64,000 bases of DNA, from the NCBI GenBank assembly GCA_024704765.1, contig JAKMXF010000033.1, positions 248,001 through 312,000 of the forward strand, given 5' to 3'. This stretch comes from Oopsacas minuta. Lineage: Eukaryota; Animalia; Porifera. Shown one piece after another: positions 35,901 through 47,075 of this stretch; the stretch's first letter is position 1, and every line of letters begins with the position of its first letter. Made by a program: the position numbers and the translations under genes. A model generated the notes under the pieces. That model searched no databases. It was not told the origin of the DNA and was given only the letters and a program-made list of their open reading frames with translations.

Positions 35901-38900
35901 AAGGGATACGAAGAACTGTATGGAGTGAGGGAGAATATATTCTTTATAGATCATCACATACCTGAAGACAATGCTGAAGGAGCTAACACGAGTAAAACGC
36001 ATAAATACGAAGCTTTGTATTTAGCTACTTTAGCAAACTATTTAGTCAACAGAGGCTATGGGACAGATGAAATTACAATTCTTACTTTCTATCAAGGTCA
36101 GAAGTTTTGTATCTTAGATGAACTCCGTCGTATCGGCATAAGACTAAGAGTGAGCACCGTTGATAAATACCAGGGGGAGGAGAATCGGGTTATACTCTTC
36201 TCAGTTGTTAGAAGCAATAAACGGAACATTATTGGACATTGTAGCATAGATAATCGCGTGTGTGTAGCGCTGTCTCGAGCTAAAGAAGGCTTGATTATGA
36301 TAGGGAATGCTAGGTCGCTTCGTGCAGCTAGCCGAGGTACACAGTCAAATCTATGGAACACAGTATTGGACAACTTTGGGCCTTCAAGAGTTAGTGAAAC
36401 ATTTCCACTTTATTGTCACAGACATCCAGCATCTTCACGAGACATTCATACACCTCAAGAGTTGGAAAAATACAAAGATGGTATATGCAAACTTCCCTGT
36501 GAAGAGCTATTAAACTGTGGGCACAGATGTAAACTTCTTTGCCATTATATTAATCATAGGAAAGTTAAATGTAAAGAGTTCTGCGAAAGAATGAACCCAG
36601 AATGTGGACATCCTTGTGTGAAGGAGAATGGAGATGGACTGAAGTTCTGTTATGAACGCTGTGGAAATTGTAATTATAAAGTTGTCAAAACTTTAGACAA
36701 ATGCAATCATAAGAAATTACTAGCTTGTCATCTATCACCCACTCATGATCTATGTGTAGAGTTATGTGAGAATAAGGGTATTTGTGGTCACCCCTGTGTT
36801 AAACAGGATGGAAGGACGAGAAAATCATGTGCAGATATCTGCGGCGAATGTAACTATCCAGTCCTGAAAACCCTACCATGCACTCATCAGAAAACACTCC
36901 CATGTCACCAATTGGCCCTCGCTGAATATTGTACTGAGCCTTGTACTAAAACTAGATCATGTGACCATCCCTGTAAAGGCTACTGTAATCAGGATTGTGA
37001 GACACTATTTTGTGATGTAGGAGTAATGCGAAATCTAACATGCACACATGACGTAGAACTAAAGTGTTCTTATGACTTTACACGTCACAAATGTCATAAA
37101 CCATGTTTAAAACGGTTAAAATGTGATCATCCATGTCCCCGTAAATGCTACGAGGAATGTCGCCGAGCTATCTGCACAGCTCCATGTGATTTGGAGAGAA
37201 TGTGCGGACATCCTTGTGTGCGTAAAGACCAAGCTAGAAAGACCTGTCCAGAAGAGTGCGGACTATGTATGTTCTTGGTAGAGAAGAGAATTGAAGGTTG
37301 TGGTCATAGAGTAAAGTTGCGTTGTTCAGTAGAACCCATACACTCTGAGTGTAATAAGCCCTGTAAGCTAATTCTACCTTGTGGTCATCTATGTAACCTC
37401 AATTGTAACGAGAAGTGTGGGCAATGCGAACAAACAGTCATTAAGAATTGCTATAATGGCCATTTAAATGAGATGAAATGTTCTTCGGATTCTGACGATT
37501 TCCAATGTGAACAAAATTGTGTGTTCCCTCTCTCCTGCGGACATCCATGCCCTCTCTCCTGTCAAGAAGACTGCTTGGACGCAATTTGTGAAAAACCGTG
37601 TAAAGTTACTTTGAGCTGTGGACATCCTTGTGTAGATAAAAGTGGAAATCCAAGACTTTGTTACCAACCGTGTGGAGATTGTTATAAACTTGTAACAAAG
37701 AAATTAGATAAATGTGGTCATAGCATGAAGCTTCAGTGCATGCAAAAACCCCTCCATTCTCTTTGTGAGAAGCTCTGTAATAAAACGAAAGCTTGTGATC
37801 ATCAATGTACAGGAAAATGTGGAGAAGAATGTTCTAGTGTATTGTGCGGGAAGGAAGTTAAGAGAGAACTGAAATGCAAGCATGTTAAGAAAGTTATTTG
37901 TCATATCCCGTTAGATCAAATTAAATGCGAGGAAAAGTGTAGAAAAAAACTATCCTGCGGACATCCGTGTCTATTAAAATGTTTTGAAGATTGCTCCAAG
38001 AGCATTTGTCAAGTAAACCAGACAGCTAATCTAGCATGCAGACACACAATTACACTATCTTGTCATGAGAAAGTAAATAAACGAATCCCACCGTGTAGCG
38101 AGCCGTGTGAGCAGATATTGCCTTGTGGACATGATTGTACTGGAGATTGTGGTGATGAATGTTCTGAGATTATCTGTCAAGTTAAAATTGACATAACTTT
38201 GGATTGCAAACATTCATTCAAGTTTCAATGCTCGAATGCTTTGAAAATATTCCATAAAAACAAGCCAGATGAAGTATATCATTTACTCCATTGTTCAATT
38301 CAAAATTGTGGCCGGTGTCACTCAGTTAAACAATCATTTGAATGCAGAAAAAGGTGTGAAAAACCACTTGATTGTATTCATAAATGTGTTGATTTATGTC
38401 ATGAATCTATCATGCATAATCCATGTAGAGAGTTCTGTCCTTCTAGGTGTGTTCATGCTAAATGCTTGTTTCGTTGCGGAGATGTATGTAAAAGGTGTGA
38501 AAAACCGTGTGAATGGCGCTGTGTGCATATGAAATGCACTAATAAATGCTGGGAACGTTGTAACAGGCCAGCGTGTAACGAATGGTGTCCAATTAAACTT
38601 GAGTGTGGACATCCTTGCCTTGGATTGTGTGGAGAGAGATGTCCTGAAATTTGCAATATTTGTAAGCCTCATGATGAAGTATTCAACCATACCAATGGAC
38701 CATTAATATCTCTAGAGTGTGGTCATTATTTCCCCCTGAGCACAATAGACCAACACTTTGATAAAATAGGAAACAGCATGATTATCCCAAGCTGTCCAAA
38801 ATGTCCAGAATCTATCTACACTACACATCGATATGGTGAAACTATTAAGCGAATACAACGCAAAGTTAACCTAAGAAAGCGCACACAGGCTCGTCATGCA

Positions 38901-39767
38901 TTAACATATACTCAGGAGAGATTAGAATCTTTGATTAGCTCTCGTATACCAAATAATCCTCCTGTAAAGAGATTCATTGGTCTCCTCTCTTATATACAAG
39001 ATAAGCTTGCTACCTATCAACTAACCAAATTTTTTACAATTACCGATCTCCTGGGGATTCTTGCAGGGATTATTAATCACTCTTCGAATGCTTGGGGCTC
39101 TATTCATCATTCTAAGTTATTAGATTCTAAAATTCTTTTGAACCTTATCGACACCCCAACGAATCAGGATGATAACAGAAGTATACAACATATCACTAGT
39201 TTATCTCTAAGATGCGAATTGTGCTCAATTGCTTCTGTCATTAAATCGAGTTCGGAGAATCTCTCTGAACAGGAAGAAGATAACGTCGAGAAGATATATA
39301 GATTGAGTTTCTCTGCAGAAAAAATGGAAGACAGAGTCATTAATTCTTATCTAAAAGAGCTGAACACTATTAGATCCGAATATTCCATTCATAATCCCTA
39401 CTTATTCAAATTTATATTCACAAGGCCGCCAATTCTATCTATTATAGATGAAGCTAAAATCGATGATACAGGAATTACTGTACAGTCAAGAACATACAGT
39501 AATGGCAAGAAAGGCCCAAGTGCTCCTACTATACAAGAAAGGAATCAAGCTTGTGTTTCTTCTCACGATGTTAATAATACTCCAAAAGGCGATAAAAAGT
39601 GCCTTTCAAGGAATCCTAAGCGGCCAGGTCCCTCTGAAACAACTAACCAACCCAAATCAAAATGTCGAAAAATTGAGTTCCGTGAACCCGAAAACGAAGA
39701 TAGAAAAGTGAGGATCATAAACAGACATAAGGAAAGACGACCATCTAGGGGGGAGAAGTCTACCTGA
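32922..39767 (+). CDS. ZNFX1: NFX1-type zinc-finger SF1 (UPF1-like) RNA helicase, intronless, 2281 aa
   Basis: LKFGTLLC, IQGPPGTGKT, TYTNHALDQFL, VEEAAEV, LIGDHQQLRP, STVDKYQGEEN, NRVCVALSRAK; long NF-X1 finger array; RING-like LECGHYF...CPKCPESIYTTHRYG. Confidence 0.95.
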   Translation: MASRSRPSKRRGGRMQRRNFNNPLSRHPRFPFVSPGPPPIPTGDPTQRQVLSERATQSEETSYLREYLKTFLLPLTEEGYERILPRKILNTSKLFRKLLRLEYLCVNIFKETLAVLTCSALCDRDYKQSDAVIKVYEIIESNKRIQLETLIPLTLEQPIPETGSYIYFEEKKLLVLQISKLLASYTFEDKVKKKVLNLLVDNLNYEKTHNKLDAKYITDTLQIHKVILDNIRLTCANNSPVNTAKSLSQFITYMLPSLEELIGHVIPIKPKPLIIKGAYKDTKSFLKIHYDLLREDMVQPLRHAIKDYLTGDEKVRRLLFIYNEVKFLYPECEQNQGLMYRLQFNVSGVKDVNKIKWDRCERLKFGTLLCIVEEHDGRAEFRDILWAIVSDRNTRTLQNKMEICVKFPCGFEPRVNFSQTYIMLESREVYFESYCHTLSILHSMKEMPFTEVLLGKPLQIEHPKYLCDNTLFNLSSIFPDIDNPVFPCLGKWPDTSPKLDSSQYKALRLALTKEVSLIQGPPGTGKTYVGALTLEIMLQTKQAYHLTLRSHLFSDEEPEEEMEEIPPQNISIPSTVYQDNYMQALESPILIITYTNHALDQFLLLLLKFESKIVRIGSNIEQDELRPHSLNEIRRSLLPPRSREEPEEKIFLPKHMFELKKKRGQLMNQAWDIKEEMAQIAKKLTHNYVSFSDMRNICSEYQVKSIDKALKFRDETNDHVLIRWRRGSASYIQPTPAPTAPISQQWRQDETEYIHSASDDEDEVEGRYKEKEDISEFIEKKKRIAVWDNLHQVLSQYELNQLISNMPDTPKHLQDVTDLWILSGENREKLYNHWLDLKHKLLLLMVEERSEQYALLCDDVKKVNREIDLYILQEAAVVGMTTTGAARNSELIRQLNPRIIFVEEAAEVLEAHIIASLTKHVQHLILIGDHQQLRPSNADYTLAINANLNVSLFERLIKNKVEHVTLQHQHRMRPEISQLIRPIYPHLIDHDVVKGYEELYGVRENIFFIDHHIPEDNAEGANTSKTHKYEALYLATLANYLVNRGYGTDEITILTFYQGQKFCILDELRRIGIRLRVSTVDKYQGEENRVILFSVVRSNKRNIIGHCSIDNRVCVALSRAKEGLIMIGNARSLRAASRGTQSNLWNTVLDNFGPSRVSETFPLYCHRHPASSRDIHTPQELEKYKDGICKLPCEELLNCGHRCKLLCHYINHRKVKCKEFCERMNPECGHPCVKENGDGLKFCYERCGNCNYKVVKTLDKCNHKKLLACHLSPTHDLCVELCENKGICGHPCVKQDGRTRKSCADICGECNYPVLKTLPCTHQKTLPCHQLALAEYCTEPCTKTRSCDHPCKGYCNQDCETLFCDVGVMRNLTCTHDVELKCSYDFTRHKCHKPCLKRLKCDHPCPRKCYEECRRAICTAPCDLERMCGHPCVRKDQARKTCPEECGLCMFLVEKRIEGCGHRVKLRCSVEPIHSECNKPCKLILPCGHLCNLNCNEKCGQCEQTVIKNCYNGHLNEMKCSSDSDDFQCEQNCVFPLSCGHPCPLSCQEDCLDAICEKPCKVTLSCGHPCVDKSGNPRLCYQPCGDCYKLVTKKLDKCGHSMKLQCMQKPLHSLCEKLCNKTKACDHQCTGKCGEECSSVLCGKEVKRELKCKHVKKVICHIPLDQIKCEEKCRKKLSCGHPCLLKCFEDCSKSICQVNQTANLACRHTITLSCHEKVNKRIPPCSEPCEQILPCGHDCTGDCGDECSEIICQVKIDITLDCKHSFKFQCSNALKIFHKNKPDEVYHLLHCSIQNCGRCHSVKQSFECRKRCEKPLDCIHKCVDLCHESIMHNPCREFCPSRCVHAKCLFRCGDVCKRCEKPCEWRCVHMKCTNKCWERCNRPACNEWCPIKLECGHPCLGLCGERCPEICNICKPHDEVFNHTNGPLISLECGHYFPLSTIDQHFDKIGNSMIIPSCPKCPESIYTTHRYGETIKRIQRKVNLRKRTQARHALTYTQERLESLISSRIPNNPPVKRFIGLLSYIQDKLATYQLTKFFTITDLLGILAGIINHSSNAWGSIHHSKLLDSKILLNLIDTPTNQDDNRSIQHITSLSLRCELCSIASVIKSSSENLSEQEEDNVEKIYRLSFSAEKMEDRVINSYLKELNTIRSEYSIHNPYLFKFIFTRPPILSIIDEAKIDDTGITVQSRTYSNGKKGPSAPTIQERNQACVSSHDVNNTPKGDKKCLSRNPKRPGPSETTNQPKSKCRKIEFREPENEDRKVRIINRHKERRPSRGEKST

Positions 39768-39982
39768 CCCCCTCCCTCTAATTAGTTATAATTTAATAAT
39801 TTCATTTTTTAACCTACTTAATCTTACTTCCTTAAATTATTCATTATTTTTCCTTCTAGCATTATTTTGTATTCAATTATTGAGATTTGTATATGTTTAT
39901 TTAAGTAAATAAATGAGATAATAATAAAACAGTTTAATGAATCAATAGCGAGCTAACACAATTGAAAGTAACTACTTACCAC

Positions 39983-40044
39983 AGCATAGCATAGCTTAGC
40001 ATAGCATAGCATAGCTTAGCTTAGCTTAGCTTAGCATAGCATAA
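39983..40044. repeat. Compound pentanucleotide microsatellite (TAGCA/TAGCT)n just 3' of the bHLH gene
   Basis: agcatagcatagcttagcatagcatagcatagcttagcttagc... Confidence 0.9.
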
Positions 40045-40060
40045 GTAAATACTCGCATCA

Positions 40061-40447
40061 TTAATATATTGAGGTATCCTCCCCGTTAAACAAATAATCC
40101 CAGAACTCCTCTGAGGTTAACATAGCCGGATTAATGGAGTTACTCTTCTCATGATCTTCCTGTCTGTTCAGGATAGTATTTAGTTCTTCAATCCTACATT
40201 TTGCTCGTGTAAGGATATCAACTCGAGACAGATTTTGGTTGTGATATCCAAGGATAGATTTTAAAGCATTGAATGCACGAGTCAGATTCTCATTTCTACA
40301 CTTTTCACGATCCCTCCTGTATCGCTTAATATTCTCACAATTATTCTCATCCTGGGCCTCGCGCCTTCGGTTTTTTGCACCTTTCATTCGCCCTCCGTAA
40401 CGCTTTCCAGCACCGACAACATTTTCTGGTAACTTCCAATCTTCCAT
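40061..40447 (-). CDS. Group-A-like bHLH transcription factor, intronless
   Basis: RRDREKCRNENLTRAFNALKSIL-loop-LSRVDILTRAKCRIEEL: basic ExxR followed by helix-loop-helix. Confidence 0.85.
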   Translation of the reverse strand: MEDWKLPENVVGAGKRYGGRMKGAKNRRREAQDENNCENIKRYRRDREKCRNENLTRAFNALKSILGYHNQNLSRVDILTRAKCRIEELNTILNRQEDHEKSNSINPAMLTSEEFWDYLFNGEDTSIY

Positions 40448-40871
40448 TTTTTGTTAATTCTCCCAGAAGCCCTATTATTTATACGTAAATATCTTTGAGT
40501 GTTTAAAATCCAATTTATTAATTCAATTGATCCAAGGAAGTATTTGTTTTTCAATCCAACCTAACCAACTTCCCAATTCCGATGTGAAAAATTGCATATC
40601 CATTCTACGAATACATCAATCAACAGTAAACTAGGACATCAAGGTATAATTTGATATCTTGATAAAATTTTACATTACTTTATTATTATCTTAAGAAACA
40701 AAGATCAATAAACTAATAATTGAATTTACTTCCTTTACACCACAATGATAAAATTATCGATCAACAAAATTCCAATCATTAAACTTTGGTCAAATATACG
40801 TAGCTATTATTCGTTTGTTTCGATGTTACAGAAGACTCGGGCCACTTTGGCCAAATACAGAACCATTCGAA

Positions 40872-40986
40872 TAGTGTAAGTTACTCCGGTTAATTCGAGC
40901 AACACCTGTATTCCGCTAAATCTGGTCAAGATGGCCTCGTCAAGATGGCCTCGTCCTGATGTGATCCTATTAAGCGCAGTCTAGTG
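40872..40986. mobile_element. MITE family F copy 1, with internal 14 bp tandem duplication
   Basis: Shares gcaacacctgtattccgctaaatc.ggtcaa.atggcctcgtc...gtgatcctattaagcg with 44011-44122; caagatggcctcgt is duplicated only in this copy. Confidence 0.7.
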
Positions 40987-42415
40987 TAATATATTTTTAT
41001 CGCAGTTTGTTGCTGCATAATTTTAACAAAGAAATATACGCTGTATACACTTAATGAAGGTTTAGTGTTGAGGTTTACAGGATTATAAACGGGTAAACAC
41101 TGGTTAAAAAGCAATGAATAGCTTGAGAATTAAAACAATAAACTTAAAGGAAGCAGAATTAAACTTTCTAAGAGACCTTACATAATAGTTTCAGTTTTTC
41201 AAGCATTGTCATACAGACAGGTGCTCATATACTTTCTATACGTATGTGATTAAGACATAATTATTGCATATATTGTGTCATATTTTAATAATATTAAGGA
41301 ATAGGATATATTCATCATATTATATAATAGTTCCATAAAATTTTGAATTTTGTAAGAATTGTACATGCCCGCGTGTTTAGATGTGGATACCCTTTCTATT
41401 GATAGACACATGATTTTAATTATATCGAAGGCATCTTTGTTATCATTAGTTTCTAGACAATTAACAGTGCTTGCGTGATACCAGCCTATATTTTCCATTG
41501 GGGTATGACATGATATGTAGATTCTAGTTACGTATATACATTAATAGACAATGCTTATATCTTAGGGATACTTGCTGGTTACGTTATATACTAGAAACCG
41601 TCACTGACTGTTCGTAATTTAGTGATTTGTTCGACCTGTAATGTTTATCATCAATTGGACAAGAAATAATTATAGCTCGTAAAATCAAGGAGAATTACAG
41701 TAGAAGTCGGATTCATACAATAAAGACAACACTTAACGATCTGTTTTGGAGAAAAGTGCTACTAACTAATAGTATTTACTTTGTACGTATTAACCGAGTT
41801 CTATCGTAAACACATTTTTAGTGTAAGCAATATAACAACTGTATTCCAAAGTCTATTTAAATGATTTATTCAACAATTTTGCTTTCTTCTGTAAGGTGCT
41901 ACGGTATATAATTTGATAACATCGCTGACAGCAAATATTTACCGCATATCAAAACCTCAAAGTGTAAGTAGAAATTAACTATAGCCATTATATGTGGCCA
42001 TATTTTTGGCAAGATCATTTTCAGTTTTCATTTAACAAGTGTCCCGTCAGCTAGAAATCCGCAATCAATGTATATATTAATGTATTTCAACTGTCCACCC
42101 TATAATGGACATTTTACATAAGGATCCAACATTCCTAAAATATAAGTAAGGTAATTTCCCCAGCTGAGATAGACTTTGAAGTTGACTATTCATATCAACC
42201 GAATATTTGTTGATTGCTAGCTTTAATGATATATTTGTTGAGTAGTACGTTGTGTTAGGAATAAGTTTAATATTTGAAAATGCATAATACAGATTTAATA
42301 TTCACACAATTCAAACTAAATTAATTCAAAACCAGGACAGTAGTAGAATACTCAACATGGAGTACTCATTAAAGTTGGATCTTCGTTAATTCGAATAATA
42401 GTGTTATGTATTATT

Positions 42416-44519
42416 CTACTTCTTCCTGAAGCTTGAACGTAGAGACACAACTAAGCTCTTTGTCCGTCTTATGTTCATTTTCCTCCTGATAGGGTCTGGA
42501 GATAATTTGCTAGGTAGAATTACTCCAGTAGCTGCTTCATACACTTTATCGATGTTTGTTATAAGCCATGATGAGCATTCAATGTATGCAGATGCACCCA
42601 ACTCTAAGGCGATAGATTCAACACTCTAGAAAATGAATAATTATAAGATATATGATATTGTAATTTGTAATCCAATATTGGTACTAACTTTGCTAATTAA
42701 ACTAATGCTATGGTCCAGTCCTATGCTTATAATCTGTACTGAAACTCACCTCCACTTTGCTAGATTTCTTTCCTCGGGGGGAGACAGTAACTAAGTGTTT
42801 TGTCTTGTAGTCAATATCTGATTTACACCCAACTACGATGAATGAATTGCGTGGGTGATGTTCTTTGATATTTCGTATCCACTATAGGATTATTGAGTTA
42901 TTAAAACAATACATTGACATGTGAGTTATTAAAACAATACATTGACATGTGCCAAATGGAAGTCAAATAAACTTTATTGAATTACGTGAACAATGAGCTT
43001 ATCCTACAGGGCTAAACTTATGGGCACGATTACAATAGAAAGGAAGCCTTGGAAATGTTTATCAGGTGTCATCCACTAATACGTGGTTATTAGGTGACAA
43101 ATAGAACCTCAAATATATTCAAATATTAATTAATTGCTAAAAGGAGCTCACTTTATTGCAGGCTTGTTCAAATCCATTTTCATCACTTAAGTCATAGCAG
43201 ATAACGAACATATCCATGTTACTGTAGAAATCTTTGAGACGTTTGTCGTAATTGGTTTGTCGCTCCATATCCAGGAGAATAAGATTTTGACTTTCACTGA
43301 CAAGTTTTGAACACGCTGTGCCATTCTCCTCCCAGTGATAGCATTCCTATTGGAATATGTTTGTAAAAATAAGAATATTCTAATATACTATTTATAGAAA
43401 TTTAAATTTCGCGATTTCATTGAATTCCTCTTGATCAATTTAATCACTAAGCAACGTAGGAATGCTCAATATATTTCTGTCCATTTTTTTCGGTCATAAA
43501 TACGATTATGGTTGTCAAGCCAAACAGTTTTGGAATTACAAGTCTTCTTTAGAAAAAGAACGAATTTACTATGTGTTAGTTTCATAAACGTATTTTGAAC
43601 TTTCTTTAGTGATATTTATTTGCATTTGGAATGTAACATGTAACCGTATTTGTTAGATTTTGGCTGATAACCTGCTAAAACACGAATTTAATTAGGAAAT
43701 TGCAACTATCAAATTGATAAGATTACATAGCAATATATCTCGAATATTTCACGTCACAATTGAACAAATGTGATTACAATAGTAAAATAGTAAAGCTGTT
43801 GATGAAGCGAAAATACAAAGGAACGGATTTAAATCTCAGAAATCTTATTTCCTATAGACAATTAATATGTAAGGTTTGGGCAATGGAATAATCTGTCTGG
43901 CATTCAAAAGCTATATGGACAATGCGATAAACTCTATAGAACAATGGTACTATCACTACAAGGTGAATAATGTGACTTTGGATCGAACGAAATATCTAAT
44001 GAATTAAATAGGGTAGACTCTGCTTAATAGAGCCATCGGTTAATCGGGGCAACACCTGTATTCCGCTAAATCAGGTCAAAATGGCCTCGTCCCGAAGTGA
44101 TCCTATTAAGCGAAGTTTAGTGTAATTATAAATTATTGTAGAAAACTCACTTTCTCTGATTCAGATAGTTTAAACTTCTGCTCTACTCTGTCCATAAGAC
44201 TAGTTCTTCCGGAGTATTCCTCCCCCACAAAGATTATGTTTCTATTCTCTGAGTGAGAGAACTTAGGTTTTGGCCTTCTGATGCTCACGGACTTATTTCT
44301 AGTGAAATAATCGTCACAACTCTGAGTTATACTTTCTCTATAAGCATGTGTTGTCTCGCGATGTGTAGAAGAACGTGGTTTAATGGAGATAGATTGTGAT
44401 CCTCTCTTTACTTGTGTGTGTTCGCGTATGCTATTACAGGATACTTGCATTTTGCCCTCTTTCTTTGATAGGCCAAACGAAAACGAATTTAGATTGAAAA
44501 GTTGCGAGGCAATAGACAT
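42416..44519 (-). CDS. Atypical Rho-family GTPase-like protein; exons approx. 44519-44151, 43337-43152, 42881-42750, 42625-42416
   Basis: Phase-0 splicing yields NIIFVGEEYSGRTSL...LILLDMER...DMFVICYDLSDENGFEQACNKWIRNIKEHHP...IVVGCKSD...LGASAYIECSS...NIDKVYEAA, the Rho fold pattern. Confidence 0.8.
42895..42950. repeat. Perfect 28 bp tandem duplication in an intron of the Rho-like gene
   Basis: gagttattaaaacaatacattgacatgt x2. Confidence 0.9.
44011..44122. mobile_element. MITE family F copy 2 in intron 1 of the Rho-like gene
   Basis: tagactctgcttaatag / ctattaagcgaagtttagtg|ta inverted ends. Confidence 0.7.
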
Positions 44520-47035
44520 TTTGTTACAAATTTGAATTTATAAGTATAAGTATATGATATTATGCAAATAAACAATTGCTGACAGTTTTGTATTATAATA
44601 GAATGTAGTGTATTTATACTGTAGCTCGAATAAATGCTGTGAATACATTGCAACCAGTCAGTATTGAAACTTACCTATTTAGTACATAGACAATGCTATT
44701 ATTACGAATTAAATGGGAAAATATGCGAACTGAATTACAAAAATATTTTATTGTTTCAAGAAGTGGCTAGACCAAATAATCAGCTGATAATTTCGAAATA
44801 TGGCAATCCGTGACCTACGTTATCTGCATATTTGTGTTTCTAAGGAAACGCAAAAGTAATTCATGTGCTCATTTTAGTGCCGTATATATTGACGGGATAA
44901 GAGGATAGAAAGCAATTTTGTAAGAGACACATTTATACACAGATAGCGAGCAGTATTGCAGGCTATGCAGCTACAAGCCAGTATGCATTATCAGATGTGA
45001 TATGTTAATTACTAGACTAACAGGGATATTTTTGGACACATCTCTCTAGAATTTATCAGTCAGGATTCTTGTTCAATATACGCCCTTCCTACTCGTATAT
45101 TGCGACGTAATACGTGATGATACTTTAACTAGCCCAAAGATCTACAACATAAGCTGATTTTGCAAGAGTAGACAAGTATTCTTTTGATTTTGTAACATAA
45201 AAAATACAGCAACATAATCAGCCAAGAACTGTGCATTAGTAAACCTTGGTATGGTGTGAATTTAAGGGAAGCTCGTAACTGCTTGTTTACTTTGAAAAGA
45301 AAATGTTTGAGGATTCTAACATTTATATTTACATGTGTTCTGCCTGTAGAGAGCACTCGACTATCTATGTCAAGAAATAAGTGCCCTTTCAAGCTTTTAT
45401 TCATTTCCCTTTGACGCATGAAGGAGAATTGAATAAATCAGAGAGAAATTGTACAAATTCGCAGACGTATGACACGAATATAGCAAATAGTATACCTTAT
45501 TAGAACATGAGATATCTATTATTGTGATTCAGTACTGTAAAGGTACAGACAATACTTTTGATTCGAATTCATGAAATCTGATTACATTTAAAATTATTTT
45601 CCCCATTAGTATAGCAATCAAATACGATTGTAGTATATCCAGATGGATTACTTAAGCCTGCACACATGTATTAGATAATAATCAGAGCAGTTAGAAAGTC
45701 GCAGAGACAGTAGAACCAAGCCGTACAATTTCTGGTTGAATTCCTTAGATTAAATGTCCATTAACGGAATGTGCTTTAAGACAACAAGTATTTTCGCTAA
45801 TAGCAAGGGAAATTCATGCAATATGACTTATTAATAGGCGAACTCCACTGTACCTAGATCTGAGATCGAATGCTGATGAGAATGCTTTAGTTATTATTTG
45901 AAATAATGGAGCATGTGACTACCCCCATACACTGATCTCGCTGTACCCAGACTGATTGCCTTAAAATACACCAATTAAACATATCAGTATAATCAATTGG
46001 GTCTCCATTGCAGTCAATTATTCGCCTAGTTTTAAGCAATCATAAGTAATCAACAATTTGTATATTTGTCTATCACTATAATTATGACCTGAGACTAATT
46101 CCAGTCTCTAATGGTATCAGCGATTCATATTAATCGCTGTATCATAAAAATTAGTCTTAAACTAGACACAATTATCTCAGATTTTGTTCATATCAGATAG
46201 ATTAATTATTTATTTTGCTGATTGAGGATAATTACGTGCTTTGTTTTGTAATAATATATCTGTAAATTTGTAAAATAAAGTAATTAACACAGAAATTTGG
46301 TAAGTATTATATTGCAATTTGTATAAGGCCACTGCTAATGAGAAACTTGTTTCAGCTCCACAAGAAACCCGCCTGACCATGCAAGTGGGCGGGCTGTCAT
46401 TACCATTAATTTGTGACATATCAGCAAGAAAATTACGAGGAAAAAGTCTACATTGTACTGTTAGCTAGTTATACACCCCCTTGTAGCTGAATTACATTTA
46501 ATAAATGGTTAAGTAATGACAATATTTGTGTGGTAGCCAAATCAGATGCAGAAGATGGAGCTGAAGCATGTTTCTAAATAACAGCGGCTTCATAGTCATC
46601 GGCTCCATAAACAGCAATATATTTAGTCAATAAAATGTACAGATAAGCTACAGGTCTCTGTGATAATATTTATTTATGACTCATATATCCGTATTTATAT
46701 CAATAAATTATATAGGAACATAAATCTGTTAGCGATTGACACAACAATTCGTGAATCTTGAAATATTCATAAATAATCGTGATAGAAAGAGTAGAAATAT
46801 GCAGAGATGGCTTTATCCTTATTATTAATTAGATTATTCTGATAATACCGGAATCATGAATTTGAAAGTAGAAGTTTTAGCCATCACAAATACATACAAA
46901 CATCTGGACAACATATGTAATGGTAGATTGAAATTACAAATATAGTCTGTACAGTAGGCAATACTTTTATGGTATTTTTGTACTGCTATGTAATTCTACT
47001 GAGTTGTAAGAGATGAAAGGTTAAGATACCGCCAC

Positions 47036-47075
47036 AATTATTATTATTATTATTATTATTACTTTTATTATTATC
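47036..47075. repeat. (ATT)n microsatellite
   Basis: attattattattattattattattactttt... Confidence 0.85.

Noticed and set aside
33884-39711. Short antisense and alternative-frame ORFs within ZNFX1
   Set aside because: Explained by the main ORF; no independent coding signal.
41250-41498. 82 aa minus-strand ORF as a possible transposase remnant
   Set aside because: No DDE or HTH motif I can support.
45877-45957. Possible C/D-box snoRNA (CTGATGA ... CTGA)
   Set aside because: No terminal stem or recognisable rRNA guide; such boxes are expected by chance.
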